A stretch of DNA of 64,000 nt from Chloroflexota bacterium (GCA_016234535.1 JACRBH010000246.1:27088-91087); one strand, 5' to 3'; numbered from the stretch's first letter, positions 1 to 9,743 are shown. The notes: a model not told the origin generated them from the sequence alone. Program-made: numbers and translations.

Positions 1-617
1 CGGGCGAGCCGCAACCGGGTTTGCTGGCGCGCATCGCAAGTTTCCTGCCGCTGCATCTTGGGCGCATTACAACCTATACATTCTTTGGCGCATTGATCGG
101 GCTGGCGGGATCGCTCCTCGATCAAGCCAGCGGGATGATGGGCTGGCAGGGAATTTTTTCCGTTCTTGTGGGAATCATCATGCTATTGGTTTCACTCAGC
201 TTAATGGGAATCTTGCCCCCCATAGAAGCGACATTGGTTTCGCTGACGAAAGGCAATACCCCCATGACGCGCATGCGCGGCCTCTTCGGCAAGCGCAGCT
301 TTTTCGCGACGTTGACTCTCGGCATTTTATGGGGATTCCTTCCCTGCGGATTGGTGTTTGCCATGCTGGTGTTGGCGGCGCGCGCCCAATCCCTATTGGG
401 TGGTGCGTTAACCATGCTGGCGTTCGGGTTGGGAACTGTGCCGACCCTGCTCGGGTTCGGTCTGGCCGCGAACCTGCTCAGCCCAAAACTACGCGGACGG
501 CTGCAATCCTTTGCAGCGATCTTGTTAATGCTATTTGCAGTTCAAACTGTATTGCGCGGACTGGCGGTTGCGAACGTCATTCCCTCATTTTCATACGGAC
601 AGGTGATGTTATGGTAG
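1..617 (+). CDS. TauE/SafE-like (DsbD_2/UreH-like) membrane protein, 5' end probably outside window
   Basis: Hydrophobic ORF with HLGRITTY, GFLPCGLV and FGLGTVP motifs typical of the DsbD_2 family. Confidence 0.8.
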   Translation, partial: GEPQPGLLARIASFLPLHLGRITTYTFFGALIGLAGSLLDQASGMMGWQGIFSVLVGIIMLLVSLSLMGILPPIEATLVSLTKGNTPMTRMRGLFGKRSFFATLTLGILWGFLPCGLVFAMLVLAARAQSLLGGALTMLAFGLGTVPTLLGFGLAANLLSPKLRGRLQSFAAILLMLFAVQTVLRGLAVANVIPSFSYGQVMLW

Positions 618-784
618 ACACGATCAAATGCGACCATTGCGGCGCACTGGGGAATGCAAAGTATGTGATCACAAAAGAATTCGACGGCAAGACCTTGAAT
701 TTCTGCTGCCGTGGATGCTTGCAGGTATATGAAATGCTGCACGAAGAGAATCAGCCTCAACAGCCCAAAGAAGAAAAAAAATAA
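611..784 (+). CDS. Small metal-binding protein (heavy-metal P-type ATPase metal-binding/TRASH-like domain)
   Basis: MVDTIKCDHCG...FCCRGC; ATG at 611 preceded by AGGTG. Confidence 0.75.
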   Translation: MVDTIKCDHCGALGNAKYVITKEFDGKTLNFCCRGCLQVYEMLHEENQPQQPKEEKK

Positions 785-787
785 AAA

Positions 788-821
788 TTATCGAACCCTG
801 ACAGAAGTCAGGGTTCGATAA
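788..821. terminator. Probable bidirectional intrinsic terminator
   Basis: 15-bp stem TTATCGAACCCTGAC-AGAA-GTCAGGGTTCGATAA between convergent genes, A-rich flanks. Confidence 0.7.
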
Positions 822-886
822 AACTGCTTTGCCAGAGTCCAACAGCATCAGTAACGCCAATATATGCGTCGGGGAGATAAAGCAAG

Positions 887-990
887 TTCAGAAAATCATG
901 AATCTGCTACGGAGCTCGGACTTCAGTCCGCTTTGCCTGTGTAAAATTGCAGATAAAGTCTGCATTCCACTCAATCTGTGATTTACTGAA
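887..990. mobile_element. MITE-like element with internal REP hairpins
   Basis: Ends TTCAGAAAATCAT / GTGATTTACTGAA (11/13 inverted); internal hairpins CGGACTTCAGTCCG and TGCAGATAAAGTCTGCA; shorter relative at 22841-22889. Confidence 0.55.
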
Positions 991-995
991 TTTTG

Positions 996-1565
996 TCAGT
1001 TGCAGGCTTTCGTTTGAACAGGTTTTGATTTGAGCTGCGAGAAAAGCATTTCGCAGATTCCCGCCAGGATTTCATCCACAGCCACGCGGACAGGAAAACT
1101 GAGTTCGGCGCTGATCTCATTTTGTTGCGGTTGAATACCCAGCACTGCAACCTGGCATCCGATTTCCAAGTTGAGGTAGTATGCCAGCATGGAAAGTGGC
1201 AGGGAATGGGAGGATGCGCTCATGCCGTCAATGGCATCGAGCGGAATCCATTGGATCGTGCCGGGCGGCTCATCCATGTGGGCGGCATCAATGAACAGGG
1301 CAAGTTCAGGTTGGAAGGCGCGTATCTTGCCCGTGTGATTCTCAGGAGCGGGACCACCTTCCACAATGAGAAGGTGGGGCGCGCGCTCGAAGCGTTTATC
1401 ATTCAGCAATGAGCGCGCCACCAGCAGCCCGGCGGAGTCGTCTCCGCGTAGATCACTGCCAATTCCCACGAGGCAGGTTCGGGGGAGAATGAAGCGGTTA
1501 TCCCTCTTGAACTGGTTCAGCTTTAGAGACAGCGAATCTTTCCATGAAGGAGGCAATGTCTTCAT
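996..1565 (-). CDS. hycI: Hydrogenase maturation endopeptidase (HycI family)
   Basis: VGIGSDLRGDDSAG, PENHTG, FIDAA, SSHSLPL motifs; last gene of hydrogenase operon; exact start uncertain. Confidence 0.85.
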   Translation of the reverse strand: MKTLPPSWKDSLSLKLNQFKRDNRFILPRTCLVGIGSDLRGDDSAGLLVARSLLNDKRFERAPHLLIVEGGPAPENHTGKIRAFQPELALFIDAAHMDEPPGTIQWIPLDAIDGMSASSHSLPLSMLAYYLNLEIGCQVAVLGIQPQQNEISAELSFPVRVAVDEILAGICEMLFSQLKSKPVQTKACN

Positions 1566-1923
1566 CCTTTCCATAATTGACCGCGAATGAGTCTTTGTTG
1601 AGAGCGGCCAGTTCCCAATCATCGTTTGGCATGTCGAGGCATTTGAACTTGCACGATTGAATACATTGGGCGCAGTAAACGCAGCGATCCATGTTGTAGC
1701 GCGCGACGAATCGTTTGGCGGCGCGGTCGATGATGACGATCTCAATCGCGTTCGCGGGGCAGTCTTTCGAGCATAAATTGCAGCCTGTGCATTTGGATGG
1801 ATCGAATGAGAGTTTGCCGCGGAAGCGAACGGCGGTTTCGGGTTTTTCAAAGGGATATTTTTCCGTAACCGGAGCCGAGAAGAACGATTTAATAACATCA
1901 TTAAATATGGAACCAATTTTCAT
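1498..1923 (-). CDS. 2x[4Fe-4S] subunit of group 4 hydrogenase (NuoI/EchF-like)
   Basis: CTGCNLCSKDCP and CVYCAQCIQSC; ATGA overlap with upstream gene. Confidence 0.9.
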   Translation of the reverse strand: MKIGSIFNDVIKSFFSAPVTEKYPFEKPETAVRFRGKLSFDPSKCTGCNLCSKDCPANAIEIVIIDRAAKRFVARYNMDRCVYCAQCIQSCKFKCLDMPNDDWELAALNKDSFAVNYGKDEDIASFMERFAVSKAEPVQEG

Positions 1924-2846
1924 GCCAACCATCCTTTCAGAAGGATCAGAATTAGGATTTGCAGAAGTGCAAGCAAAGCTCCATAACGCCACCACAGGCC
2001 AACGGTCTGGTCGATGCGCAGGCGGGTGAGCATGGCCTGGAGCAAGGCCATCAAAAGTACGATTACCAATGTTTTGATCAAAAAGAGAAGCGGATTCCCA
2101 ATGCCACCCAGATAGAAAGCGGTGACAAGGCTTACGGCAACCACCAACTCAACCGACTTACCAATATGGAATAGTGCGAGGCCTCGTCCGGAATATTCAG
2201 TCAATGCGCCGGCGACAATCTCGGTTTCAGCTTCGGGGGCATCGAAAGGAGGCAGTTCCAATTTGCCCATTAATCCGATCAGGGCGATGACGAAACCAAC
2301 CGGCTGGGTAAGGATCATCCAATAATGACCTTCAGCATATGCGCTGACATCCTTGATTACCCAGGAATTGGCGGCCATGGCCGGACCAAGCAATGCCAGC
2401 AGAAAGGGCGCTTCGTAAGCAAAAAGTTGAGTGAATGAACGGGTCGCGCCGATCAAAGAAAAGCGGCTGGAACCATTCCAGCCTGCAAGCCCAATGCACA
2501 TCGTCATCAGGGAAAGCATGTAGAGAGTAACGATGAGGTCGCCGGGGAAGGAGTATATGGGAGAAAAACCAAGGATGGGCGCGTAAAGCGCGGCGGTCAG
2601 TGCGCCGGTAAGCGCCACGATGGGCAGACCATAGAAGAGAAGGCTTTTCAAGCCCTGCGGTTTGATCTCCTCTTTTGTGAGCAATTTGATGGTATCCGCC
2701 AGAGGCTGGAACCAGCGCGGGCCGATGCGGTTCTGGAAACGCGCCACCAGTTTTCGGTCGGCCCATTCGTAGAGCATCCCGCTCAGGATGAGGGTGATGC
2801 CCGCGGGGAAAAACATGATTGATAGAAGAGCAGCAAGGGGTGTCAT
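1920..2846 (-). CDS. Membrane subunit NuoH/HycD-like
   Basis: RKLVARFQNRIGP, PFDAPEAETEIVAGALTEYSG. Confidence 0.92.
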   Translation of the reverse strand: MTPLAALLSIMFFPAGITLILSGMLYEWADRKLVARFQNRIGPRWFQPLADTIKLLTKEEIKPQGLKSLLFYGLPIVALTGALTAALYAPILGFSPIYSFPGDLIVTLYMLSLMTMCIGLAGWNGSSRFSLIGATRSFTQLFAYEAPFLLALLGPAMAANSWVIKDVSAYAEGHYWMILTQPVGFVIALIGLMGKLELPPFDAPEAETEIVAGALTEYSGRGLALFHIGKSVELVVAVSLVTAFYLGGIGNPLLFLIKTLVIVLLMALLQAMLTRLRIDQTVGLWWRYGALLALLQILILILLKGWLA

Positions 2847-2860
2847 CTCGGTAGCAATCC

Positions 2861-4528
2861 TTATTTTCTTGGCCCGTATTTTTTAATTCCATACTCGCGC
2901 AACTCGGACCAGGTCATGGTATTCGAGTCGCTTTTCCTGCGAACGGTGACCATGCGGTCATTGCACGAGAAGCATGGGTCCATGCCGGCAATGAGCATGG
3001 GCACGTCGGCCAGTTGATGCCCGACCGCTTTATTCAATACCGAGGTCCAGTTACATATGCTTGGCGTGCGGATCTTGAGGCGTGTCGGACTTTCGCCGCC
3101 GCCGCTTTTGATGTAGTAGAAGGCTTCGCCGCGCGGCGCTTCCACGCGGCTGACAGTCTCACCTGCTGGGATTTTGCGTGGGAAGCGAGTGACAATTCCC
3201 CCGCCCGGCATGTTATCCACAATTGTGCGAATGGTGAAACAGGTGACGAGCAATTCTTTCATGCGGACAACGAAGCGCGCTTCCATATCGCCGCGATCAT
3301 CCGTGATGATGCTGACGGGATAACGTTTATAAGCTCCGTAGGGCGCATCCAGACGCACATCGCGTTTGACACCGGATGCGCGTGCAACTGGGCCAAGGGT
3401 GCCAAAGCGTTTGGCTTCCTCCAGAGACATCATACCAATGCCGCGTGTGCGCTGTAAAAACCCGGAATCCGTGGTGGCAACGTCGAGGTAATATCGAATT
3501 CTTTCTTCGAGATAATCAAGCGCCTTGTGGATCGAGACGGAATGTTGCGCGCCAATATCATGTTTGACGCCACCCAGCACGCAGATGGAGTAATTGACGC
3601 GGTTGCCGGTTAATTCCTCCAGCAAATTCATAACAGTTTCGCGGTCACGCCAGGAATACATGAAGAGTGTGTCGAACCCGGCTTCGTGGGCGGCGACTCC
3701 CAGCCAAAGTAAATGGCTGTGAATGCGTTCGAGTCCGGCCACCAGTTCGCGGATCGCCAGCGCGCGTTCTGGAACTTCCACCTGAGCCAGTTTTTCAACT
3801 CCCTGACTATAGGCGCTGGTGTGAGTGTGCGAGCAAATACCACAGATGCGTTCGAGCAGGTATAAGTTCTGAATCCAGTTTCGTGCTTCGGTGGCCTTTT
3901 CAATGCCGCGATGGACATAACCCAGCCGCATACGCGCGCCGGTGATGATCTCTCCGTCAACGGAAAATTCAAAGTGGCCGGGTTCCTTCAGCGCGGGATG
4001 CTGCGGTCCGATTGGGACGATGAATTTATTCCCGGCCCAACCCCGTTCAGGAGTCTTATCCGGCTCGACAGCAGCAGCCTGCTCCTGTTTGAAATCCTGC
4101 CGCATTGGATAAATGCCAACGGGCCAGTCATCCGGCAAAAAGAGACGGGTCGGATCGGGCGTCCCGACCACTGTCACGCCGAGCATTTCACCGAGTTCGC
4201 GTTCGAAGAAAGATGCGGCCGGGATCTGGTCACTAATGGATGGGATTTCAGGGCAGCCCTCACGCGGCAAATGGATGCGCAGAGTTGTTACCGCCGCGCC
4301 CTCGCAGAAATGATAGAGCGCCTCAAGTTCGTTGGCTTCCGTGCCAAGGTCCATGCCGGTAATGGCGGCTAGATAACCCCACGAAGCATTCATCAACGCG
4401 GACGCCGCAGTTGGAAGGTCGCTGGCGGCAATTTGCACATCCAGGCGATTGGTTTCGGGATTGTTCGCGCCTTTGGCAAACGGAGCGAGGAGCTCCCCGG
4501 CACGCTGAAGTAAAGTTTCGGTGGTCAT
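2861..4528 (-). CDS. Group 4 [NiFe]-hydrogenase large subunit (NuoC+NuoD-like fusion)
   Basis: N-terminal NuoC-like domain (FERELGEMLG, RLFLPDDWP); L1 ERICGICSHTH and L2 DPCFSC Ni-binding motifs; C-terminal extension after L2. Confidence 0.93.
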   Translation of the reverse strand: MTTETLLQRAGELLAPFAKGANNPETNRLDVQIAASDLPTAASALMNASWGYLAAITGMDLGTEANELEALYHFCEGAAVTTLRIHLPREGCPEIPSISDQIPAASFFERELGEMLGVTVVGTPDPTRLFLPDDWPVGIYPMRQDFKQEQAAAVEPDKTPERGWAGNKFIVPIGPQHPALKEPGHFEFSVDGEIITGARMRLGYVHRGIEKATEARNWIQNLYLLERICGICSHTHTSAYSQGVEKLAQVEVPERALAIRELVAGLERIHSHLLWLGVAAHEAGFDTLFMYSWRDRETVMNLLEELTGNRVNYSICVLGGVKHDIGAQHSVSIHKALDYLEERIRYYLDVATTDSGFLQRTRGIGMMSLEEAKRFGTLGPVARASGVKRDVRLDAPYGAYKRYPVSIITDDRGDMEARFVVRMKELLVTCFTIRTIVDNMPGGGIVTRFPRKIPAGETVSRVEAPRGEAFYYIKSGGGESPTRLKIRTPSICNWTSVLNKAVGHQLADVPMLIAGMDPCFSCNDRMVTVRRKSDSNTMTWSELREYGIKKYGPRK

Positions 4529-5028
4529 GCAGCCTCCTGAACGCCGGGCTTTATGACCAGGGCCGGGCGTGTGCCACGTTGAATATGTGCAAGTAATTTC
4601 ACGATGCCATCAATGATCGCTTCCGGGCGCGGTGGGCATCCGGGAATGAATGCATCCACAGGCAGGACTTCGTTAATGTGACCAACGACGTTATAGCAGC
4701 CCTGAAACACCCCGCCTGAAATTCCACACGAGCCGACAACCACAACAAATTTTGGTTCCGGCATTTGCTCATAGGTACGGAGAAGTCTCTCGCGGGCCTG
4801 ACGTGTGACCGGGCCGGTGCAGATCAGCACATCCGCGTGACGCGGACTGCCGCGCAATTTAATTCCGAAGCGTTCGATGTCGTAACGCGGAGTAAGCGTT
4901 GCCAGGATTTCAATGTCACATCCATTGCACGAACCGCTGTTGAAGTGAATCGCCCAGGGCGAATTGATTCGCGCCCAGGTGGTGATTTTTTCCATCAGTT
5001 GACTGACGTAATTTTGAGGAAAGTTCAT
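4525..5028 (-). CDS. Group 4 hydrogenase small subunit (NuoB/EchC-like)
   Basis: SCNGCDIE, SPRHAD, GSCG, IPGCPPRP; RBS AGGAG before ATG 5028. Confidence 0.92.
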   Translation of the reverse strand: MNFPQNYVSQLMEKITTWARINSPWAIHFNSGSCNGCDIEILATLTPRYDIERFGIKLRGSPRHADVLICTGPVTRQARERLLRTYEQMPEPKFVVVVGSCGISGGVFQGCYNVVGHINEVLPVDAFIPGCPPRPEAIIDGIVKLLAHIQRGTRPALVIKPGVQEAA

Positions 5029-5038
5029 AACCAGACTC

Positions 5039-5353
5039 CTAACCAAGAATGAGCGCCAACAGGGCAAGCATCAATCCACCGAGATAGACGAGACTCACCG
5101 GCGCCAGTCCGCTTGTGCCCAACATCAATACGCCGAGGTGCAAGACCGCAAAGAACAGGGCCGCCACAAAAAACGGACGGTAGCCCGGCGCAGCCGGTTC
5201 AGCATCATGTTCTTCGCCGCTGGCATAACTACTGGTCTTTTCATGGCTCGTCTTGCCGCGCATCGAAATCGCTTTGCTGGCCAGTGAAAGAATACCAACC
5301 AACACGCCATAAATGACGAAGGCAAAGAGCGGAGATAAAAGCGAATTTGTCAT
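5039..5353 (-). CDS. NuoA-like membrane subunit
   Basis: About 3 TM helices, K.SSYASGE loop, YRPFFVAALFFAVLH. Confidence 0.75.
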   Translation of the reverse strand: MTNSLLSPLFAFVIYGVLVGILSLASKAISMRGKTSHEKTSSYASGEEHDAEPAAPGYRPFFVAALFFAVLHLGVLMLGTSGLAPVSLVYLGGLMLALLALILG

Positions 5354-5382
5354 TTAATTTCTCCTTTTGAAGAAAAGCCTCA

Positions 5383-5469
5383 AACACGAAGGACACTAAG
5401 TACACAAAGGGGGAAAAGGCATTTCGCCTTAAGGTCTTAAACCTTCGTGACCGTTGTGTCCTTTGTGGT
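5383..5469. repeat. REP-like imperfect palindrome (CACGAAGGACAC...GTGTCCTTTGTG type)
   Basis: Inverted arms AACACGAAGGACACTAAGTACACAAAGG / CCTTCGTGACCGTTGTGTCCTTTGTGGT; similar style at 31664-31744 and 58543-58614. Confidence 0.6.
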
Positions 5470-5479
5470 AAAAGAGCCT

Positions 5480-7003
5480 TTATTTTCCAAACATCACCAA
5501 GAACGCCTGCGCGGCTGGTTCTGTCAACCAGTTCATCAGCGAAGGCCACAAGCCAATGACAACTATCGCCAGGGCAAAGACTACCAGCGGAATGTTCATT
5601 GCCAGCGGAATGGGAGCGCCGCGTTCCACAACCTCTCCCATGTTGCGGCGATAAAGCATGTTGACGAGGGGCGCATAATAAGCCAGCGAAAGGACGCTGT
5701 TCAACGCCGCAAAAATCACCAATCCCATCAACCAGGCATTGGAACCCTGAAAGCCAGCCACGAATATCTGCCACTTGGACATAAAGCCCGCCAGCGGAGG
5801 CAAGCCGCCCAACGCCAGTAGCGCAATACTAAGCGCCAAAGCCGCCAGCGGATATTTCCGCGCGCCGCCTGCCAAATCCTTCACTTCAAGCGGACGATGG
5901 ATTCCACTTTTATCCAACAGCGCAAACAAGAACGCGCCAGCCGCGAGAAAGGCCAGTCCCTTCATGACCATGTGATTGAAAAGATGAAAAGCCGCGCCTT
6001 GTGCCCCCGCAGGATTTCCATTGAACAGGGCAATTCCCAAACCAATCAAAATGTAACCAATATGACTCAAGCTGGAATACGCTAACATGCGCTTGACTTG
6101 TGTTTGCCGCAAAGCCATCAAGTTTCCAAAGAACATGTTCAACGCGCCGAACGCAAGCAGAAGAGTGCCCCATGAAATGGAAAATCCACCAAGCGTGGAA
6201 AGCGCGCGCAACATTGCCACCAATCCAGCTTCGATGACCACACCTGAAAGCATGGCGCTGATACCGCTCGGAGCCTGTGAATGCGCATCGGGCAACCACG
6301 TGTGCAAAGGTACGAACGCAACCTTGACGCCAAAGCCAATCACAAAGAGCGCGCCTGCCAGTAACAACCCAAATGGAGCCGCTGATTCACTGGATACCAT
6401 CGCTCGGATTTTGTCCATATCGAGCGTGCCAGCGTTGCCAAGCACCAGCGCAATTCCCAACAAGACCAGCACCGACCCCGTCGCGCTCTGCACGAGATAC
6501 TTCATCCCCGCCTCAAGCGAAGCAGAACGTTCGCGATAAAACGCCACCAGCAAATACGATGAAACCGCCATCGCCTCGAACCACATCCACAAGTTGAACA
6601 GGTCGTTGGCGCATCCCAGCCCGATCATGATACCCACAATGGCTAAAAGCATGGCGTAATATTTTTCCTCCCCCACTTCGCCAGCGATGTAGGGTCCTGA
6701 GAACAAGACCACAAACGTTCCTAATCCCAACACCATGGCCGCCAGCAAAAAACTCAACCCATCCGCATTTAGCCAAATGGATTCGAGATTGAATAGCAAT
6801 TTTTCATTACGCGCTGTGAACTCCATCCAACTCAACACGAACAGCGCCCACGTCACCAACAGCGCCAACAAAGCCAGCCCGCGCACAAAAATCGAGCGTC
6901 CATTCAATTCCATTTTGTGCGAACCAAGCCGTCCCGCCAAATACACCAACGGCGAAACGCCCAACGGCACTGCGATCATCCACGGAAATAATGTCGGGTT
7001 CAT
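5480..7003 (-). CDS. Antiporter-like subunit (NuoN/MrpD/HyfB family)
   Basis: FEAM, KVAFVPLHTWLPDAHSQAP, LAYSSLSHIG, LPPLAGFMSK; alternative GTG start at 7012. Confidence 0.9.
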   Translation of the reverse strand: MNPTLFPWMIAVPLGVSPLVYLAGRLGSHKMELNGRSIFVRGLALLALLVTWALFVLSWMEFTARNEKLLFNLESIWLNADGLSFLLAAMVLGLGTFVVLFSGPYIAGEVGEEKYYAMLLAIVGIMIGLGCANDLFNLWMWFEAMAVSSYLLVAFYRERSASLEAGMKYLVQSATGSVLVLLGIALVLGNAGTLDMDKIRAMVSSESAAPFGLLLAGALFVIGFGVKVAFVPLHTWLPDAHSQAPSGISAMLSGVVIEAGLVAMLRALSTLGGFSISWGTLLLAFGALNMFFGNLMALRQTQVKRMLAYSSLSHIGYILIGLGIALFNGNPAGAQGAAFHLFNHMVMKGLAFLAAGAFLFALLDKSGIHRPLEVKDLAGGARKYPLAALALSIALLALGGLPPLAGFMSKWQIFVAGFQGSNAWLMGLVIFAALNSVLSLAYYAPLVNMLYRRNMGEVVERGAPIPLAMNIPLVVFALAIVVIGLWPSLMNWLTEPAAQAFLVMFGK

Positions 7004-7004
7004 A

Positions 7005-8750
7005 TCATGCACTCCAGACCAGGAAAATCAAAACCGCCAGCAACGCACCGAGAATGCCCACCACATTCCAGCTCAACACCCCCGTCTGCGTTTTTTGTAA
7101 AACAGATGCAAATTGGACTGTCCGTTCAGCGACTTGACCATTCAGCCAATCGAAGCCGAAACTCTCACGGCTGAGGATGTCCATCCACGCTTCTGACTTA
7201 GCTGTAGCCTGCTTCCTGAACAACCAGAAGATAGCCAACCCGAGCGCGACCATCGCCAACGCGACGTAGGTTGCGGGCGCTGTGAAAATTTCATTCGCCA
7301 ACTCTGAAAGATTCAAATTGTGAATGGAGTGAAACGGCAGAGTCTCATCTAACATTTCACCGAACGGACCTGCCAACAACCAGGTGGTCAACGTGCCCAA
7401 AGCGAGCAATCCGAGCGAGACCTTCATCGCCTTCCCCGCATCATGAACGTGGAGAGATTCACGCGCCTCGCCAAAGAAGACTATCCATGTCATTCGTAAC
7501 GTGTAGAAGGCAGTCATCCCCGCGCCGAGCAACATGCCCACGTAAGCCCACAATGGACCTTCGCTCAAGCCCGCTTCGAGAATTAATTCCTTGCTCCAGA
7601 AACCGTTCAAAATCGGTAAGCCTGCCAGAGCCAGCGCACCGAGAATGAAAACATTGCGCACGAACGGCATTTGCTTCCCCAGCGCACCCATGCGACGCAT
7701 GTCCCGCGTCCCCGCAGAATGGATGACCGCGCCTGCCGAAAGAAACAAAAGCGCCTTGAACACTGCATGGCTCAACAAATGGAACTGACTGGCGAACACT
7801 CCCCCAACCCCAATCGCGTACACCATGTATCCAAGTTGGCTGACGGTTGAATAAGCCAGCGCACGTTTTAAGTCTGTGGCAGTCAACGCCATGAAGGCAG
7901 TGATCAGCGCTGAGACTAAGCCAACGATTGTCACCGCCAACGTCCAACCAGCGACATGTTGAAAGGCTGGATAAAAACGTGCCAGCAGGTACACGCCTGC
8001 ATTGACCATTGTCGCCGCGTGGATGAGGGCGCTGATCGGTGTAGGCGCTTCCATTGCATCGGGCAACCAGGTGTGAAATGGGAACTGCGCCGATTTAGCC
8101 GCCGCCGCAATTAAAAATCCAAAAGCAATCAGTGTGAGCAAACCTGCGGGCATTGTCTCTGCTTTCGCAAGCAAATCAGAAACTTGATAACTGCCAAGCA
8201 CAGCATATGTTGTGAGCGCGCCTGCCAGCAATCCTACACCGCCCACTTGAGTAATAATCAAGGCTTTGATACCGCCCGCCACTGCCTTCGGATCATCGTT
8301 GTAGAAAGAGATCAAAGCGTAGGAACACAGCGCGGTAATTTCCCAGAAGAAGAACATGAAAAGCAGATTGCCGCTCAACACCAGTCCCGCCATTGCGCCG
8401 ATGAAAAGCAACACGAAGGCGTAATAACGACTCAACTGTTCTTCGCCTTGCATGTAATCCACCGAGAAGATGACAGCCAGCGAACCGATCACACAGGCAA
8501 TCGCTGTCAATGCAACGGCCAGACCGTCTGCGGTGAAAGTCAATTCGCCGAAGTAGTGTCCCATCGGAATGCTGATGGCTGTCTCAGCGGAGGCAAACGG
8601 GATCAAGGCCAGGGACGCGACTCCTGCCGCGATGGAAAAAGCAACTGCCAGCGTGTGTTGGAGGCGGGGATTTTCGTCCCGCGTCTGCCAGAGTACCAAG
8701 GCTCCCAACCAGGGGAGTCCGATCACAAGTCCAATTAATATTCCTGCCAT
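7005..8750 (-). CDS. Antiporter-like subunit (NuoL/MrpA family)
   Basis: KSAQFPFHTWLPDAMEAPTPISALIHAATMV, HAVFKALLFL, GFWSKE. Confidence 0.92.
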   Translation of the reverse strand: MAGILIGLVIGLPWLGALVLWQTRDENPRLQHTLAVAFSIAAGVASLALIPFASAETAISIPMGHYFGELTFTADGLAVALTAIACVIGSLAVIFSVDYMQGEEQLSRYYAFVLLFIGAMAGLVLSGNLLFMFFFWEITALCSYALISFYNDDPKAVAGGIKALIITQVGGVGLLAGALTTYAVLGSYQVSDLLAKAETMPAGLLTLIAFGFLIAAAAKSAQFPFHTWLPDAMEAPTPISALIHAATMVNAGVYLLARFYPAFQHVAGWTLAVTIVGLVSALITAFMALTATDLKRALAYSTVSQLGYMVYAIGVGGVFASQFHLLSHAVFKALLFLSAGAVIHSAGTRDMRRMGALGKQMPFVRNVFILGALALAGLPILNGFWSKELILEAGLSEGPLWAYVGMLLGAGMTAFYTLRMTWIVFFGEARESLHVHDAGKAMKVSLGLLALGTLTTWLLAGPFGEMLDETLPFHSIHNLNLSELANEIFTAPATYVALAMVALGLAIFWLFRKQATAKSEAWMDILSRESFGFDWLNGQVAERTVQFASVLQKTQTGVLSWNVVGILGALLAVLIFLVWSA

Positions 8751-8751
8751 G

Positions 8752-9063
8752 TTAGCCTCGCAGTGTTGAAATTTTTGACAGGTCAAGCGTGCCTGTATGC
8801 CTGCGGACTTGAACAGCCAGCGCGAGCGCAACAACAGCTACAACCGTATCGGCCACGATGACGGTCGCAGCGATGCTTTGACCAAGGCCAAGGTTCCCGC
8901 TTTGTTTGCCCGCCAGCACCAGCGCGATCACAACCGCTTTCACAAGCACCTGCAACACAAGCACGATCTTGATCAGGTTACGTGTAATGAGCAGGCCGTA
9001 AAAACCGACAGCCAGCAATAAGATCACGCCAAACAGAACGACGTTCAAAGAATTAAGAGTCAT
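8752..9063 (-). CDS. NuoK/MrpC-like subunit
   Basis: 3 TM helices, GLLITRNLIK, C-terminal GTLDLSKISTLRG. Confidence 0.85.
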   Translation of the reverse strand: MTLNSLNVVLFGVILLLAVGFYGLLITRNLIKIVLVLQVLVKAVVIALVLAGKQSGNLGLGQSIAATVIVADTVVAVVALALAVQVRRHTGTLDLSKISTLRG

Positions 9064-9617
9064 ACGGGAATCTCCTGTTCCATCTGGATGGAAATCGCTT
9101 CATTCTCAACGGCGGTTTGATTCTCGTGCTTTGGCATTTCCTCCCTTTGAACTTTTTCTGAAAGCAAGCCAAGCACGCCCAGAACGCCCGAGAAGATCAA
9201 CGCCACTTGTACCCAGACATCCAATGCGCGGTGTTTCCATAAAACATCCGCAAGTAATACTTCCCCATTTACTGCTGGTTGACTCGCCAGCGGATATGCC
9301 ATCCATCCAACCATGACTGCGATGGCAGCCACCAGCAAAAACGCCAGAGGCTTGGGGATGATCGAAGCGGGGTCAAACGAATCGTCGCCGACCACACTGA
9401 GCGCATACACCAACAAAACGGTGACAAGCCCCGCGCCGACGCTCAATTCGATCACCGCCACTTCGTACGCTCCGAGCATGTAGAGGATCACGGTTGACAA
9501 CGCGCTGACACAAGCCAGATACAACGCGGAAGGCAACAGGTGCCTGGATATCATCGCGCGGTAAGCGCAAAATGCTGCGCCGAGACTAAGAAGAAGATAG
9601 TATAGGATTTCAATCAT
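9060..9617 (-). CDS. NuoJ-like / MbhD(DUF4040)+MbhE-like membrane subunit
   Basis: VAVIELSVGAGL and LWKHRALDV motifs; first gene of operon. Confidence 0.75.
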   Translation of the reverse strand: MIEILYYLLLSLGAAFCAYRAMISRHLLPSALYLACVSALSTVILYMLGAYEVAVIELSVGAGLVTVLLVYALSVVGDDSFDPASIIPKPLAFLLVAAIAVMVGWMAYPLASQPAVNGEVLLADVLWKHRALDVWVQVALIFSGVLGVLGLLSEKVQREEMPKHENQTAVENEAISIQMEQEIPV

Positions 9618-9668
9618 ATTAAGTTAGCTCCATTGGATATGAGTATATTTGTCTCTTTTCAGATTGAT

Positions 9669-9686
9669 ATGTGAAATTTGTCACAA
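9669..9686. promoter_or_regulatory. Rex/CRP-type operator upstream of hydrogenase operon
   Basis: ATGTGAAATTTGTCACAA contains a perfect TGTGA-N6-TCACA. Confidence 0.6.
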
Positions 9687-9743
9687 TAATAGCGACACAT
9701 TTGTCCCTATTATCCAAAGGTTCGGATAATAGCTATGGCACGG

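Noticed and set aside
1566-1916. Long N-terminal extension of the 306-aa HycI ORF
   Set aside because: It overlaps the NuoI-like gene in another frame and has no protein-like motif; the real start is near 1565.
2861-4528. Selenocysteine or recoding in the hydrogenase large subunit, or a true complex I NuoCD
   Set aside because: The ORF is uninterrupted with Cys in both Ni motifs; Ni ligands plus HycI argue against complex I.
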